Source of the DNA: a candidate division WOR-3 bacterium UBA6260
GTDB lineage: Bacteria; Hydrothermota; 32-111
Assembly (NCBI GenBank): GCA_002441125.1
Contig: DJVI01000028.1
Location: forward strand, 35,377 to 99,376
Direction of reading: 5' to 3'
DNA length: 64,000 nt
The notes under the pieces were generated by a model. That model was not told the DNA's origin, did no database searches, and saw only the letters and a program-made list of their open reading frames with translations. The position numbers and the translations under genes were made by a program. Positions 46,757 to 55,517 of this stretch are shown one piece after another; the stretch's first letter is position 1, and every line of letters begins with the position of its first letter.

Positions 46757-48730
46757 TCATTTTAATTTTGTTGATATAACAACAGGTTTTGTTATAGAAT
46801 AACTGTAACCTTTACTATCTATCTTGGTTACATTTAAAATATAGATGCCCAAATTACATAATGCACCATTTTTATCCTTACCATCCCAAAGGTATATACC
46901 TGAACCAGGTTGGTTTTCACCTATAGTTTTTATATGTTTTCCATTTATATCGTAAATCTTCAATGTGAACCTTTCATCATTCAAACCTTTCACCTCTATC
47001 CTTAAAACCTGTCCATAATCTGGTGAAAATGGATTCGGGAAAAGTGAAACGGAAGATGTTGAATCTTCAGGTAAACTCAAAATATTTATATCAGATTTTT
47101 TCCTAACCTGTAATTGATAGCCTGATGTATATGGTGATTGACTGTCATATTGGCCACCTATTCCAATAACATCAACTATCTTACCGGGAACTATAGAACC
47201 CATTATTTCATCTTCATAAAGACCTGTTGATTTGTTTATTCTAACATCTATAACAGAGTATCCATTCTGAATCTGGAAATTTTTACCTGTTCCCGCATCG
47301 ACAGGATATGTTAAAATCTTACCATAAACTACTTTCAAAAGTTTTCCTTCAACAAGCTCCGATATACCCTGAGAGTTTTTAAGTTCTTCTGGTTGTACAT
47401 AAGCGAAAGTATCATTTAAAATGTAAACATCGGTATCGGGTGATGAGTACTTTATCTCAGTTAAACCGTTATACTCTGTAACAACTCCCCTGACCATCAC
47501 CTCAACACCTTCTTTGAATTTTTGATTCGCAGGATCTGATGATGAGTATATATCAACACCACCAGTTTTATCCTGAATGAAAAATCCTGTCGATGTTGCG
47601 GTCGGAGAAAAAATACTCGATGATCCTATAACAACTCCTTTAACTGAAACAACCTGATTAACATACTTTGAATTGTAACCATCATTTGTAGATTGAACTT
47701 CAGAGATATCCATAAGGTTTGAAAAAGGTGTTTTCTTCATTATGAAAAATGGTGAAACAGGTAAAAGTTGTGTTTGGCTAACACCGGTATAAAGTTTCAC
47801 AGTATCACTGTTTGTGAAGTAATAATTTTTAACATAAATTTTTATAGAGTCCTTGAAAATAATATTGTTTATATTAACTGTTGTTGTAGTTGATGTTGTA
47901 TCTATTGTTATCTTAGAAGAGTCAAACAAGATAAAGGATGAGTCACAAAGAACCTTTATTGAATCTTTTAACAACTTTTTGTTAAAAACGAGTTTTAAAT
48001 ACTTAATGGTTCCATATATAGTGTCAACATTTGGAATAAGATCAACCCTTATATCGTTATAGGATGAATCGTTGAAAAATTTAGGATTAACATTTACCAA
48101 ACCACTACCATCAATAGTTTTTAAAACATCATCGTTACCATAAGGTTTTAACTCATATTTCCCGTTGTATTCATCCATACAACCTCTTATGAAAATAAAA
48201 GTATCGTTGAGAGCTTCAACAGTTACAGGGTAAGAATTATCTTCATAGATTATCATAGGCCCAGACCCATCATCGACTTGCCATTCCCTTGCTGATGTTA
48301 TCTGTGTAACAGCGCAATTTTCAACCTGTATAAACATACCTTCATACTTTTCTTTCCCAGCATCACCTGTTTTCACAATAACTGGACCTGGGACTTTTAC
48401 ACCCTTTGCAAGAACTGTTAGAGTTGTTGGGTTTGATATTTCAGTTTTTCCATTATATTCTACAACCTGACCAGTAACAATTATAGAATCACCAACTTCA
48501 ACAGGTGTTGGAGGATTGTAAACTAATATTCCGTGCCAAGGTAAAGTATCATCCTGAATGTAAACATTAACACCGAAAACTCTTGTAACTATTCCAGAGA
48601 TTGTAACGGTTTGTCCAGCATAAGGTGATGCTCCTGAAATATTTTCAGTGTATTGAACATCATAAATTGTAAGCCCAAATGAAACTATAAAAAGAGAAAC
48701 TACTGAAAAGAATAAGAATAGATATTTCAT
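46757..48730 (-). CDS. Secreted multi-domain protein with two OB-fold-like repeats and a T9SS type-A C-terminal sorting domain
   Basis: Signal peptide. Repeat 1: IYDVQYTENISGASPYAGQTVTISGIVTRVFGVNVYIQDD...GILVYN...VGDSIIVTGQVVEYNGKTEI. Repeat 2: ISEVQSTNDGYNSKYVNQVVSVKGVVIG...GFFIQDKTGGVDIYSS...GVEVMVRGVVTEYNGLTEI. The C-terminus SLFPNPFSPDYGQVLRIEVKGLNDERFTLKIYDINGKHIKTIGENQPGSGIYLWDGKDKNGALCNLGIYILNVTKID...KPVVISTKLK fits the Por_Secre_tail / TIGR04183 pattern. Confidence 0.6.
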   Translation of the reverse strand: MKYLFLFFSVVSLFIVSFGLTIYDVQYTENISGASPYAGQTVTISGIVTRVFGVNVYIQDDTLPWHGILVYNPPTPVEVGDSIIVTGQVVEYNGKTEISNPTTLTVLAKGVKVPGPVIVKTGDAGKEKYEGMFIQVENCAVTQITSAREWQVDDGSGPMIIYEDNSYPVTVEALNDTFIFIRGCMDEYNGKYELKPYGNDDVLKTIDGSGLVNVNPKFFNDSSYNDIRVDLIPNVDTIYGTIKYLKLVFNKKLLKDSIKVLCDSSFILFDSSKITIDTTSTTTTVNINNIIFKDSIKIYVKNYYFTNSDTVKLYTGVSQTQLLPVSPFFIMKKTPFSNLMDISEVQSTNDGYNSKYVNQVVSVKGVVIGSSSIFSPTATSTGFFIQDKTGGVDIYSSSDPANQKFKEGVEVMVRGVVTEYNGLTEIKYSSPDTDVYILNDTFAYVQPEELKNSQGISELVEGKLLKVVYGKILTYPVDAGTGKNFQIQNGYSVIDVRINKSTGLYEDEIMGSIVPGKIVDVIGIGGQYDSQSPYTSGYQLQVRKKSDINILSLPEDSTSSVSLFPNPFSPDYGQVLRIEVKGLNDERFTLKIYDINGKHIKTIGENQPGSGIYLWDGKDKNGALCNLGIYILNVTKIDSKGYSYSITKPVVISTKLK

Positions 48731-48731
48731 T

Positions 48732-50135
48732 TTACCTCCTGAGAGTCCCTTTCCTCTTTGAGGAAGGGAGAATATTTAAATTTTCTCTGTATTTAGCAAC
48801 CGTTCTTCTTGCAATTTTAATAGAATATTTTTCTTCAAGTATTTTAACAAGATCTAAATCTGAGTAAGGATTGTTTGGGTCCTCTTTTTCAATCTCCTCT
48901 TTGATTATATTCATAATATTCTTGTTTGAAACCTCAAAACCTGAATTGTTTTTAACTCCTTTTGAAAAGAAAAATTTTAAAGGAAAAATACCTGAAGGAG
49001 TATCCATATATTTATTCTCTATAGCTCTTGAAACTGTTGCTTCATGCATTCCTATATGACCTGCTATATCGCTTAAAGTTAAAGGTTTCAACGAAGAGAT
49101 ACCGTTAAAGAAAAAATCTTTTTGAACAGCGATAATTCTTTCAGATATCTTTAAAAGTGTATTGTTCCTTCTATATATCCCTTCTAAAAGGAATAACGCC
49201 GCATTGAATTTATTTTTTAAAAATCTTTTTTCTTCCTGTGAAAGGTTTTCTTTGTTTTTGTACATATCAAAATAACTTTTGCTAAGATGAACTTCCGGAA
49301 ATGATTGAAGGTTCAAAGATACATAAAGTTCTTCTCCCCTCTGCTCTACAATAACATCTGGTATTATGTAATCAGTACTCTTCCCCCAAACCCCATTAGC
49401 AGGCTTTGGATTTAGACTTTTTATTGACTCTAAAGCTTTTTCAAGTTTACTTCTTGTTATTTTGAGTTTATTTTCTATTATATACAATTTGTTTGTTAAA
49501 AACTCCTCATAGAACTCTTTTATAATTCTGTATTCCAATGTTTCTTCTTTCTTTTGGTTTTCGAGTTGGGTAAGTAAAACTTCTTGAACACTCCTGCTTC
49601 CTATTCCAACAGGTTCAAAAAACTTGTACTTTGAGTGAACATACTCAACCTTTTCAAGCGGAAGTTTTAGATTCTCAGCTAATTCAGACAAAGAGATTTC
49701 CAAAAGTCCATCATCGGAAAGTGAAAAAGTTATCTCTTCTGCAATTTTTATCTCATCTGGATCATCGAAAAAAATATGTGATTGTGTCAGAAGATAATCT
49801 TGCAAATTTTCAGGCTCCTCAACATTCGAAATCGGATCGAACTCTTCATCCTCTCTGTTATACCTCTCAGATGGCAGAGAAGCTTTTTTCCACTCATCAT
49901 GAAAAAAATACTCATAATCTATCTCATCCTTTAAAGGGAGCTCAGGTTCAACCTCCTCATAGGAGACATCTTCCTCCTCAAGTATATCATCAGTTAAAAA
50001 CGGATTCTGTTCTATTTCATTTGTTATAACCTGTTGTAATTCAAGTAATGGCAGTTGCAATATCTTTACAAGAGTTAGAAGTTGAGGGGTTAATTTAATC
50101 TCCTGTCTTAAAGAGGTTTCAAGTTTTTGTTTCAT
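48732..50135 (-). CDS. rpoN: RNA polymerase sigma-54 factor
   Basis: N-terminal Gln/Leu-rich activator-interaction region (LTPQLLTLVKILQLPLLELQQ). C-terminal RpoN box ARRTVAKYRE. Confidence 0.92.
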   Translation of the reverse strand: MKQKLETSLRQEIKLTPQLLTLVKILQLPLLELQQVITNEIEQNPFLTDDILEEEDVSYEEVEPELPLKDEIDYEYFFHDEWKKASLPSERYNREDEEFDPISNVEEPENLQDYLLTQSHIFFDDPDEIKIAEEITFSLSDDGLLEISLSELAENLKLPLEKVEYVHSKYKFFEPVGIGSRSVQEVLLTQLENQKKEETLEYRIIKEFYEEFLTNKLYIIENKLKITRSKLEKALESIKSLNPKPANGVWGKSTDYIIPDVIVEQRGEELYVSLNLQSFPEVHLSKSYFDMYKNKENLSQEEKRFLKNKFNAALFLLEGIYRRNNTLLKISERIIAVQKDFFFNGISSLKPLTLSDIAGHIGMHEATVSRAIENKYMDTPSGIFPLKFFFSKGVKNNSGFEVSNKNIMNIIKEEIEKEDPNNPYSDLDLVKILEEKYSIKIARRTVAKYRENLNILPSSKRKGTLRR

Positions 50136-50851
50136 AATCTGAATCTTTCTCCGAGATAGAGTTGTCTGGCTTTTTCATCATTTATCAACTGGTGGGCATC
50201 GCCAGATAGGAGTATCTTTCCTTCATATATTATATGAGCGATATCAACTATTTCAAGTGTTTCCCTGACATTATGATCCGTTATCAAAATCCCAATACCT
50301 TCCTTTGCAAGTTCTTTTACCATATTCTGTATCTCTTCTTTAACTTTTGGATCTATTCCGGTAAAAGGCTCATCAAGAAGCAAAAATTTTGGATTGGAAG
50401 TTAAAGCTCTCGCAATTTCAACTCTCCTTCTTTCACCTCCAGAAAGTTTGTAAGCTGGAAGATCTTTCAAGTGGGAAACCTTGAATTTTTCAAGAAGTTC
50501 AAAAGTCCTTTCTTTATTTTTCTTTTTATCTTTGTAAAGCATCTCAAGAATAGAGTAGACATTCTCATATACTGTCAGTTGCCTGAAAATTGAACTCTCC
50601 TGTGGCAAATATCCTATCCCCAACCTTGCCCTTCTGTACATAGGCAGATTTGTTATATCCTTTTCATCAAGAAATATATTCCCTGAAGATACCTGAACAA
50701 CTCCAACCATCATGTAAAATGTTGTAGTTTTACCAGCACCGTTTGGACCCAAAAGCCCAATGATTTTCCCATTTTCAACTTCTATTGAAAGTCGATCAAC
50801 AACTTTTCTTTTACCATAAAACTTCACAAGGTTTTCACTTCTCAGTTTCAT
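50132..50851 (-). CDS. lptB: LPS export ABC transporter ATP-binding protein LptB
   Basis: GLLGPNGAGKTTTF (Walker A), LSGGERRRVEIARAL (signature), LLLDEP (Walker B). 239 aa. Directly upstream of rpoN. Confidence 0.88.
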   Translation of the reverse strand: MKLRSENLVKFYGKRKVVDRLSIEVENGKIIGLLGPNGAGKTTTFYMMVGVVQVSSGNIFLDEKDITNLPMYRRARLGIGYLPQESSIFRQLTVYENVYSILEMLYKDKKKNKERTFELLEKFKVSHLKDLPAYKLSGGERRRVEIARALTSNPKFLLLDEPFTGIDPKVKEEIQNMVKELAKEGIGILITDHNVRETLEIVDIAHIIYEGKILLSGDAHQLINDEKARQLYLGERFRL

Positions 50852-51746
50852 CTTTTTCCTTTTTCACAAGTTCACTCTCTTTAATTTTATAAAATTTAAG
50901 AATATCAACTTTTGATGATTTAAAACTACCATCAAGTGAATCACAAACTATTATAACAATATTATCATCTTCATTTTTAAATACAATATTATTTTTCCCA
51001 ACCATCCTTTTTAAACTGTCATTCTCAAAATAGAAAAAGAAAGTGTCTCCCTGAAAGGAAGAGTTCTTTGCAACTATATCTCCCCTTTTCAAAGTTTTAA
51101 AAAAGGGTTCTTTTCTATAATAATTCACTGAATCAGATTTTATCGTGAAACTATCGTTAAAAATTTCAACTCCATTTGAAAAAATATTAACAGAATCTTT
51201 ATCATCTATCACAATGTTACCAGATCTTATAGAATATGAAGAGTCATACTTTTGAAGGAAAGAGTTACCTTTAAAATAAATCCTTTCAACATTTTTCAAA
51301 TATTCAACTCTATCTCCAAAAATTTTTAACTTCTCTTCAACATTATCAAAACAAGGTTTTCCGGTAAAAATAAAAAGAGAATCATCAAGAAAAATTTTTA
51401 AAGTTTCACTCTCAATCGAAAATCTATTCTCTTTTTCAGTTCTTTGAAAATTAATATAGAATCTTTTTTCCTTTATAAAATAGACTCCATATTTTGCAAA
51501 GATTTTAACAGAATCCTTTCTCTCCAAAATAAAACTTTTGGGGAAAAAGATCAAAGAATCCTTCTTCAAAATGAAAGACGAATCAGTTTTAAGGGAGTAA
51601 TCGTCAGATTTGAAATCAACATTTTTAAAGAAAAATATAGTATCCCCAATTATGGATGCTTTTTCAGAATAGAGTGTATAAGCATAGAAAATTTCTGGTA
51701 AAAAAAACAATATGATAAAAGCCAAAGTTTTATTTATTTTCATCAT
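50835..51746 (-). CDS. lptA: LptA/OstA-family periplasmic protein
   Basis: Signal peptide. Repetitive beta-jellyroll-like sequence with OstA_N character. Its position between the lptC-like gene and lptB. Confidence 0.55.
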   Translation of the reverse strand: MMKINKTLAFIILFFLPEIFYAYTLYSEKASIIGDTIFFFKNVDFKSDDYSLKTDSSFILKKDSLIFFPKSFILERKDSVKIFAKYGVYFIKEKRFYINFQRTEKENRFSIESETLKIFLDDSLFIFTGKPCFDNVEEKLKIFGDRVEYLKNVERIYFKGNSFLQKYDSSYSIRSGNIVIDDKDSVNIFSNGVEIFNDSFTIKSDSVNYYRKEPFFKTLKRGDIVAKNSSFQGDTFFFYFENDSLKRMVGKNNIVFKNEDDNIVIIVCDSLDGSFKSSKVDILKFYKIKESELVKKEKDETEK

Positions 51747-52242
51747 ATATCAAAACTGGCGAAAGGAATAGAGTTTTTTTAAAATTATCAAAACAGATAA
51801 AACCTTTTGTTAACATCCTATCATCCTTCTTTTCTATCATTATCGAATCGTCAGTTCTTAAGGTATCAGTGTTTATATCGTAAAGAAGATGGTTAGTGTA
51901 AAGAACCATAGAGTCAGAAAAAATAACTCGAACATTCTTAAAATATTCTATCCTTTTTTCAAAAACATTTGAACTTTCCGCAACAATCTTAACTTTTTCT
52001 CCATCCTCCCTATCATACTCAACATTTTTAAGAATATACATATTCATAGAATCTATATAGTAACCTGTATCAGATTTTATTGAATAAATTTTTACATCTT
52101 TTTGAAAATATTCTGATTTGAAACCTGTAACAATATCTTCCTGATATTTTTCTATCTTTTCTGTATTCTCTCTTCCACAGAATAAAAGAAAGAAGAAAAT
52201 ACTAACCGTTACTATCCTGAAATATCTTACTGAAGAAATCAT
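51730..52242 (-). CDS. lptC: LptC-like membrane-anchored protein
   Basis: A single N-terminal TM (IVTVSIFFFLLFCG), ~170 aa, upstream of lptA-lptB. Confidence 0.45.
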   Translation of the reverse strand: MISSVRYFRIVTVSIFFFLLFCGRENTEKIEKYQEDIVTGFKSEYFQKDVKIYSIKSDTGYYIDSMNMYILKNVEYDREDGEKVKIVAESSNVFEKRIEYFKNVRVIFSDSMVLYTNHLLYDINTDTLRTDDSIMIEKKDDRMLTKGFICFDNFKKTLFLSPVLIYDENK

Positions 52243-53020
52243 ACTGGAATATATCCTTTTTTATTTCCTTTTCGAAAAATCTATATATCTTTTCATATGA
52301 AAAGCCGTAAGCATCATAGAAGTAAACTTTATGTTTTCCTTTTTCAAATCTTGTTACCATCAAAACTGGATGTAATTTGAACTTCTCAATCACTCTATAC
52401 CAACCGTAAGGTAAATTCTGAACAATTCCTAAAAAGTTAACATTTTTTGTTGTTAGGTTGTTCAATTTTTGATCTATTAAAAAAGAAAGAATCCTTCCAT
52501 TTTCTATATGTCCTTTATAAACAGATAAAGGAGAACTCTTTTCTATGAGTTTAATTCCATATTTGACTCTGATAGCATCCAAATAATCATAAAACCATTC
52601 ATCCCTTTTCTGATAAACGACAGAAATGTTGAAACCTTTTCTTTGCAAAATCTGACCAACAACCTCCCAACTCCCGTAATGGACCGAAATTATAGATACC
52701 TTTTCATTTTTCATAACCAAATTTTTGAGTAATTCAAGGTTTTGGAATTCGTATCTATCTTCAGAAGGGTGATGGTGAAGAAGATAAAGGTTTTCTACTA
52801 AAAATGTTGCATTATTAAGGTATATTTTTATGGAAAATCTTATATGACATTTTTTTAAATTTTCCTTCACCCTCTTTTTGCTTTTTATTCCAAAATTGTA
52901 AAAAAGTATGGAGATCAATTTTGCCAAGATAACCAATACTTTTAACGGAAAATATTTTAGTAGAAAAAGTGAAATTTTAACAACTGGGTCATTTTTTGAA
53001 TTTTTCATACCAGTTTTCAA
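52202..53020 (-). CDS. Lipid A late acyltransferase (LpxL/HtrB family, LPLAT superfamily)
   Basis: N-terminal TM. VHYGSWEVVGQ matches the HxGNWE acyltransferase motif. Confidence 0.65.
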   Translation of the reverse strand: MKTGMKNSKNDPVVKISLFLLKYFPLKVLVILAKLISILFYNFGIKSKKRVKENLKKCHIRFSIKIYLNNATFLVENLYLLHHHPSEDRYEFQNLELLKNLVMKNEKVSIISVHYGSWEVVGQILQRKGFNISVVYQKRDEWFYDYLDAIRVKYGIKLIEKSSPLSVYKGHIENGRILSFLIDQKLNNLTTKNVNFLGIVQNLPYGWYRVIEKFKLHPVLMVTRFEKGKHKVYFYDAYGFSYEKIYRFFEKEIKKDIFQYDFFSKIFQDSNG

Positions 53021-54098
53021 GAATACTCTTCTTAACTTTTATTGATTTGTATTGGCAAACTTCTACACAACAATAACAGGTTATGCACAACCTTTCCCTT
53101 ATGTGTGGGTACCCATCAACAAGATTTATTGCACCAGCAGGGCAAGATTTATAACATCTGTAACATTTCTTGCATTTTTCAGTAATTATCTGAGGGAAAT
53201 TGGATGTGAAATGTTTTACAAATTTTTGTTTTGCAAAATTTAAAGATAATGAGAAATTGTTTTTATCCGGCATCCTCATTTCAAGTTTATGGAATGATCC
53301 TAAAACCTCATATCTGCCATCATAGAAACCATTCCTTTTAGCCATTTTCAAAAAAGGTATATCGGAAGTTTTTAAACCTAAAAGTGATGCTATAAAATCA
53401 TCCAAAGCGAACCCATCCTCTGAAGCTAAAAGTAGTTCAGTTTTAGCATAATCTCCACCACCCGGCCCATTCCCTTGCATTCCAACTATTCCATCAACAA
53501 TGTTTAATTCAGGTTTTACAGAGTTGTAAAGTTTTGATAAAAAATCTGAAAAACTTTCCGGATCAGGAAACCTCGTATGATAGTAAAGTTTACTTTCACC
53601 GGGAATGAGACCATAAAGATTTTTAACAGATAAGGTTAACTTTGTAAGCATGTGTGTTTTCAACTTCGCTATGTTTACTATATGTGGTTCATCTTTAATA
53701 AAATCACTTACCTTAATCCTGTCTTTTATAAAGTATTTTGTCCTGTTAAGATTAACAAGCTCTATACCATACTTTTCGGATAGTTCCGAGAAACCTGTCT
53801 GTTTAAAAATCTGCTCCATATCTTTATGTATCGCAGATGACCCATCAGCTATAAATATTTTTTCTTTCTCAATTCCACCTGAAAGCAGAATTTTTATTAC
53901 AGATTCAACTACTATTGGATTCGTTGTTATTATGTTTAAAGTAGAATTAGGTTTTGTGAGAAGGTTAGGTTTTAAAATTATCTTTTTTCCATCTGAAAAT
54001 TTTTTTATAAGATCTAAACTATCGAATACTTTTCTTAAAGATTCATCTATATTTTCAATGTTATAATCTGATATTTCAAAAGAGAATACTTTTTTCAT
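52989..54098 (-). CDS. DUF362-domain protein with C-terminal 2x[4Fe-4S] ferredoxin domain
   Basis: KKIILKPNLLT...TTNPIVVESVI...IADGSS...AKLKTH (DUF362). CKKCYRCYKSCPAGAI...CITCYCCVEVCQYKSI (two CxxCxxCxxxCP clusters). Confidence 0.7.
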   Translation of the reverse strand: MKKVFSFEISDYNIENIDESLRKVFDSLDLIKKFSDGKKIILKPNLLTKPNSTLNIITTNPIVVESVIKILLSGGIEKEKIFIADGSSAIHKDMEQIFKQTGFSELSEKYGIELVNLNRTKYFIKDRIKVSDFIKDEPHIVNIAKLKTHMLTKLTLSVKNLYGLIPGESKLYYHTRFPDPESFSDFLSKLYNSVKPELNIVDGIVGMQGNGPGGGDYAKTELLLASEDGFALDDFIASLLGLKTSDIPFLKMAKRNGFYDGRYEVLGSFHKLEMRMPDKNNFSLSLNFAKQKFVKHFTSNFPQIITEKCKKCYRCYKSCPAGAINLVDGYPHIRERLCITCYCCVEVCQYKSIKVKKSILENWYEKFKK

Positions 54099-54526
54099 TT
54101 TATAAAATATATTTTCACCTTTCTATCAAAAACATTGCATTCAACAGGTTGTGTTTTAGAGTTAACTATCTTTTCATAATCTTCCACAAGTTCTTTCAAA
54201 ACCCTTTCATCGTAAACGATAAGGTATTTTGGTTTTACTATCTCAAACTCCTCTTCAAGATACCTTCTACACCTTTTCTTGGCTTCCTCCGTCAAATCAC
54301 CATGTATTATAAGTGAACATCTGTAAAGATAGGTTATGTAAGCACCATATTTCACCTCAGTTTCATAAAGAGTCAAAAGTGAAGATGCTTTTGCAATCAA
54401 TTTCGAATCTATTGAAAAATTGTGACTTTCAGGTTCATACCCTATTATCATTATTTCCTGTAAAATATTACCTGAGAATACAGGCTCTCCATAACTTCTC
54501 ATAGGGCAGCCTTCGCAATCTTCCAT
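54095..54526 (-). CDS. Uracil-DNA glycosylase superfamily protein (family 4/5-like)
   Basis: MEDCEGCPM (CxxC near the N-terminus)...IMIIGYEPE (compare GEAPG)...AYITYLYRCS (compare VYITNVVKCRP)...KPKYLIV. Start chosen at the internal Met (54526). The track ORF begins at GTG 54592 and overlaps queH. Confidence 0.45.
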   Translation of the reverse strand: MEDCEGCPMRSYGEPVFSGNILQEIMIIGYEPESHNFSIDSKLIAKASSLLTLYETEVKYGAYITYLYRCSLIIHGDLTEEAKKRCRRYLEEEFEIVKPKYLIVYDERVLKELVEDYEKIVNSKTQPVECNVFDRKVKIYFIK

Positions 54527-54542
54527 CTTTTTAAGGAATTTT

Positions 54543-55097
54543 TTAAATTTTAACTCTCTGTCCACATTTCCCCCTTGAAAATATACAACCACAATAATTC
54601 TGCCTGTAAAGGTTCAACTCCTTAGAAATCTTTACTGACTCTTTAAAACCATCATTTTTTCTGAGATTCTCTTTAATAAAAATTATACCAAACTCTTTAG
54701 CTACATTTTCTCCAATACTGTTAATAAGTTCAACATTCTTATGTGGACTTATCGTAAGAGTAGTGGAAAAATAATTGTAGTTATTCTCTTTGCAAAATTT
54801 AGCAACCTTTCTAAAATTCGTTAGGTGACAGACTTCACATCTTTTTCCCATCTCAGGTTCATTTTCAAGTCCAACAACATTTTCCAAAAAATTTTTACTC
54901 TCATATTTTAATTTCTTACTTTCAAAACCAAAATGTCTTGCTACCTTCAAAACCTCTTCATACCTTTTTTCAAACTCATCTTCAGTATCAATATTATCAT
55001 TCACAAAAAGAGAGATAACATTATATTTTTTACTGAAAAATTTATAGGAGTAAGTTAAATCTGGACCACAACATGTATGCAAAATTAAATTTTCCAT
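54543..55097 (-). CDS. queH: Epoxyqueuosine reductase QueH (DUF208)
   Basis: LILHTCCGPDLTYS (N-terminal CC...C)...NYCGCIFS at the C-terminus. 184 aa. Confidence 0.75.
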   Translation of the reverse strand: MENLILHTCCGPDLTYSYKFFSKKYNVISLFVNDNIDTEDEFEKRYEEVLKVARHFGFESKKLKYESKNFLENVVGLENEPEMGKRCEVCHLTNFRKVAKFCKENNYNYFSTTLTISPHKNVELINSIGENVAKEFGIIFIKENLRKNDGFKESVKISKELNLYRQNYCGCIFSRGKCGQRVKI

Positions 55098-55143
55098 AAA
55101 TTAATTATACAATATAAAAGTAAATATTCAAGGATTGTAAATA

Positions 55144-55172
55144 TTGACATAGAAAAAAAACAAAAGATAATT
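55144..55172 (+). promoter_or_regulatory. Sigma-70-type promoter (TTGACA-17 nt-ATAATT) for the cupin gene
   Basis: TTGACA at 55144-55149, ATAATT at 55167-55172, GGAGG at 55179-55183, ATG at 55188. Confidence 0.5.
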
Positions 55173-55187
55173 ATTTTTGGAGGTATT

Positions 55188-55517
55188 ATGAATATTTTTG
55201 AAGATATTCCATTTCAGGAGGAAAATTTTGGCTACAGAAAACTTGTTGAAAACAACTATTGTTTGATATTGCAGATAGCGTTGAACCCAAAACAATCGGT
55301 TAAGGAACATTTCGCAAACTCATATCTTACAATAATACCTATTTTAGGAGAGGTTGAGATAACTGTAAATGGAGTAAAGACAAGTTTGAAGGAAGGTTCT
55401 ATATTTTTGGTGAATCTCAATGACAGAATGTTTATTGAAAATACTTCTGAAAGAAAGAGCTCCTTACTTGTTTTTAAATCACCACATCCGGATACTTTTA
55501 AAAAAGACCTTCAGTGA
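55188..55517 (+). CDS. Cupin-domain protein
   Basis: 109 aa. Two-motif cupin-like pattern (...HFANSYLTIIPILGEVEITVNG...GSIFLVNLNDRMFIEN). Strong RBS. Confidence 0.5.
   Translation: MNIFEDIPFQEENFGYRKLVENNYCLILQIALNPKQSVKEHFANSYLTIIPILGEVEITVNGVKTSLKEGSIFLVNLNDRMFIENTSERKSSLLVFKSPHPDTFKKDLQ

Noticed and set aside
54526-54592. A longer UDG-like ORF starting at GTG 54592 and overlapping queH by 50 nt.
   Set aside because: Family-4 UDG-like proteins start shortly before the CxxC pair (MEDCEGCPM). The upstream extension has no RBS and would overlap queH. I preferred the internal Met at 54526, with low confidence.
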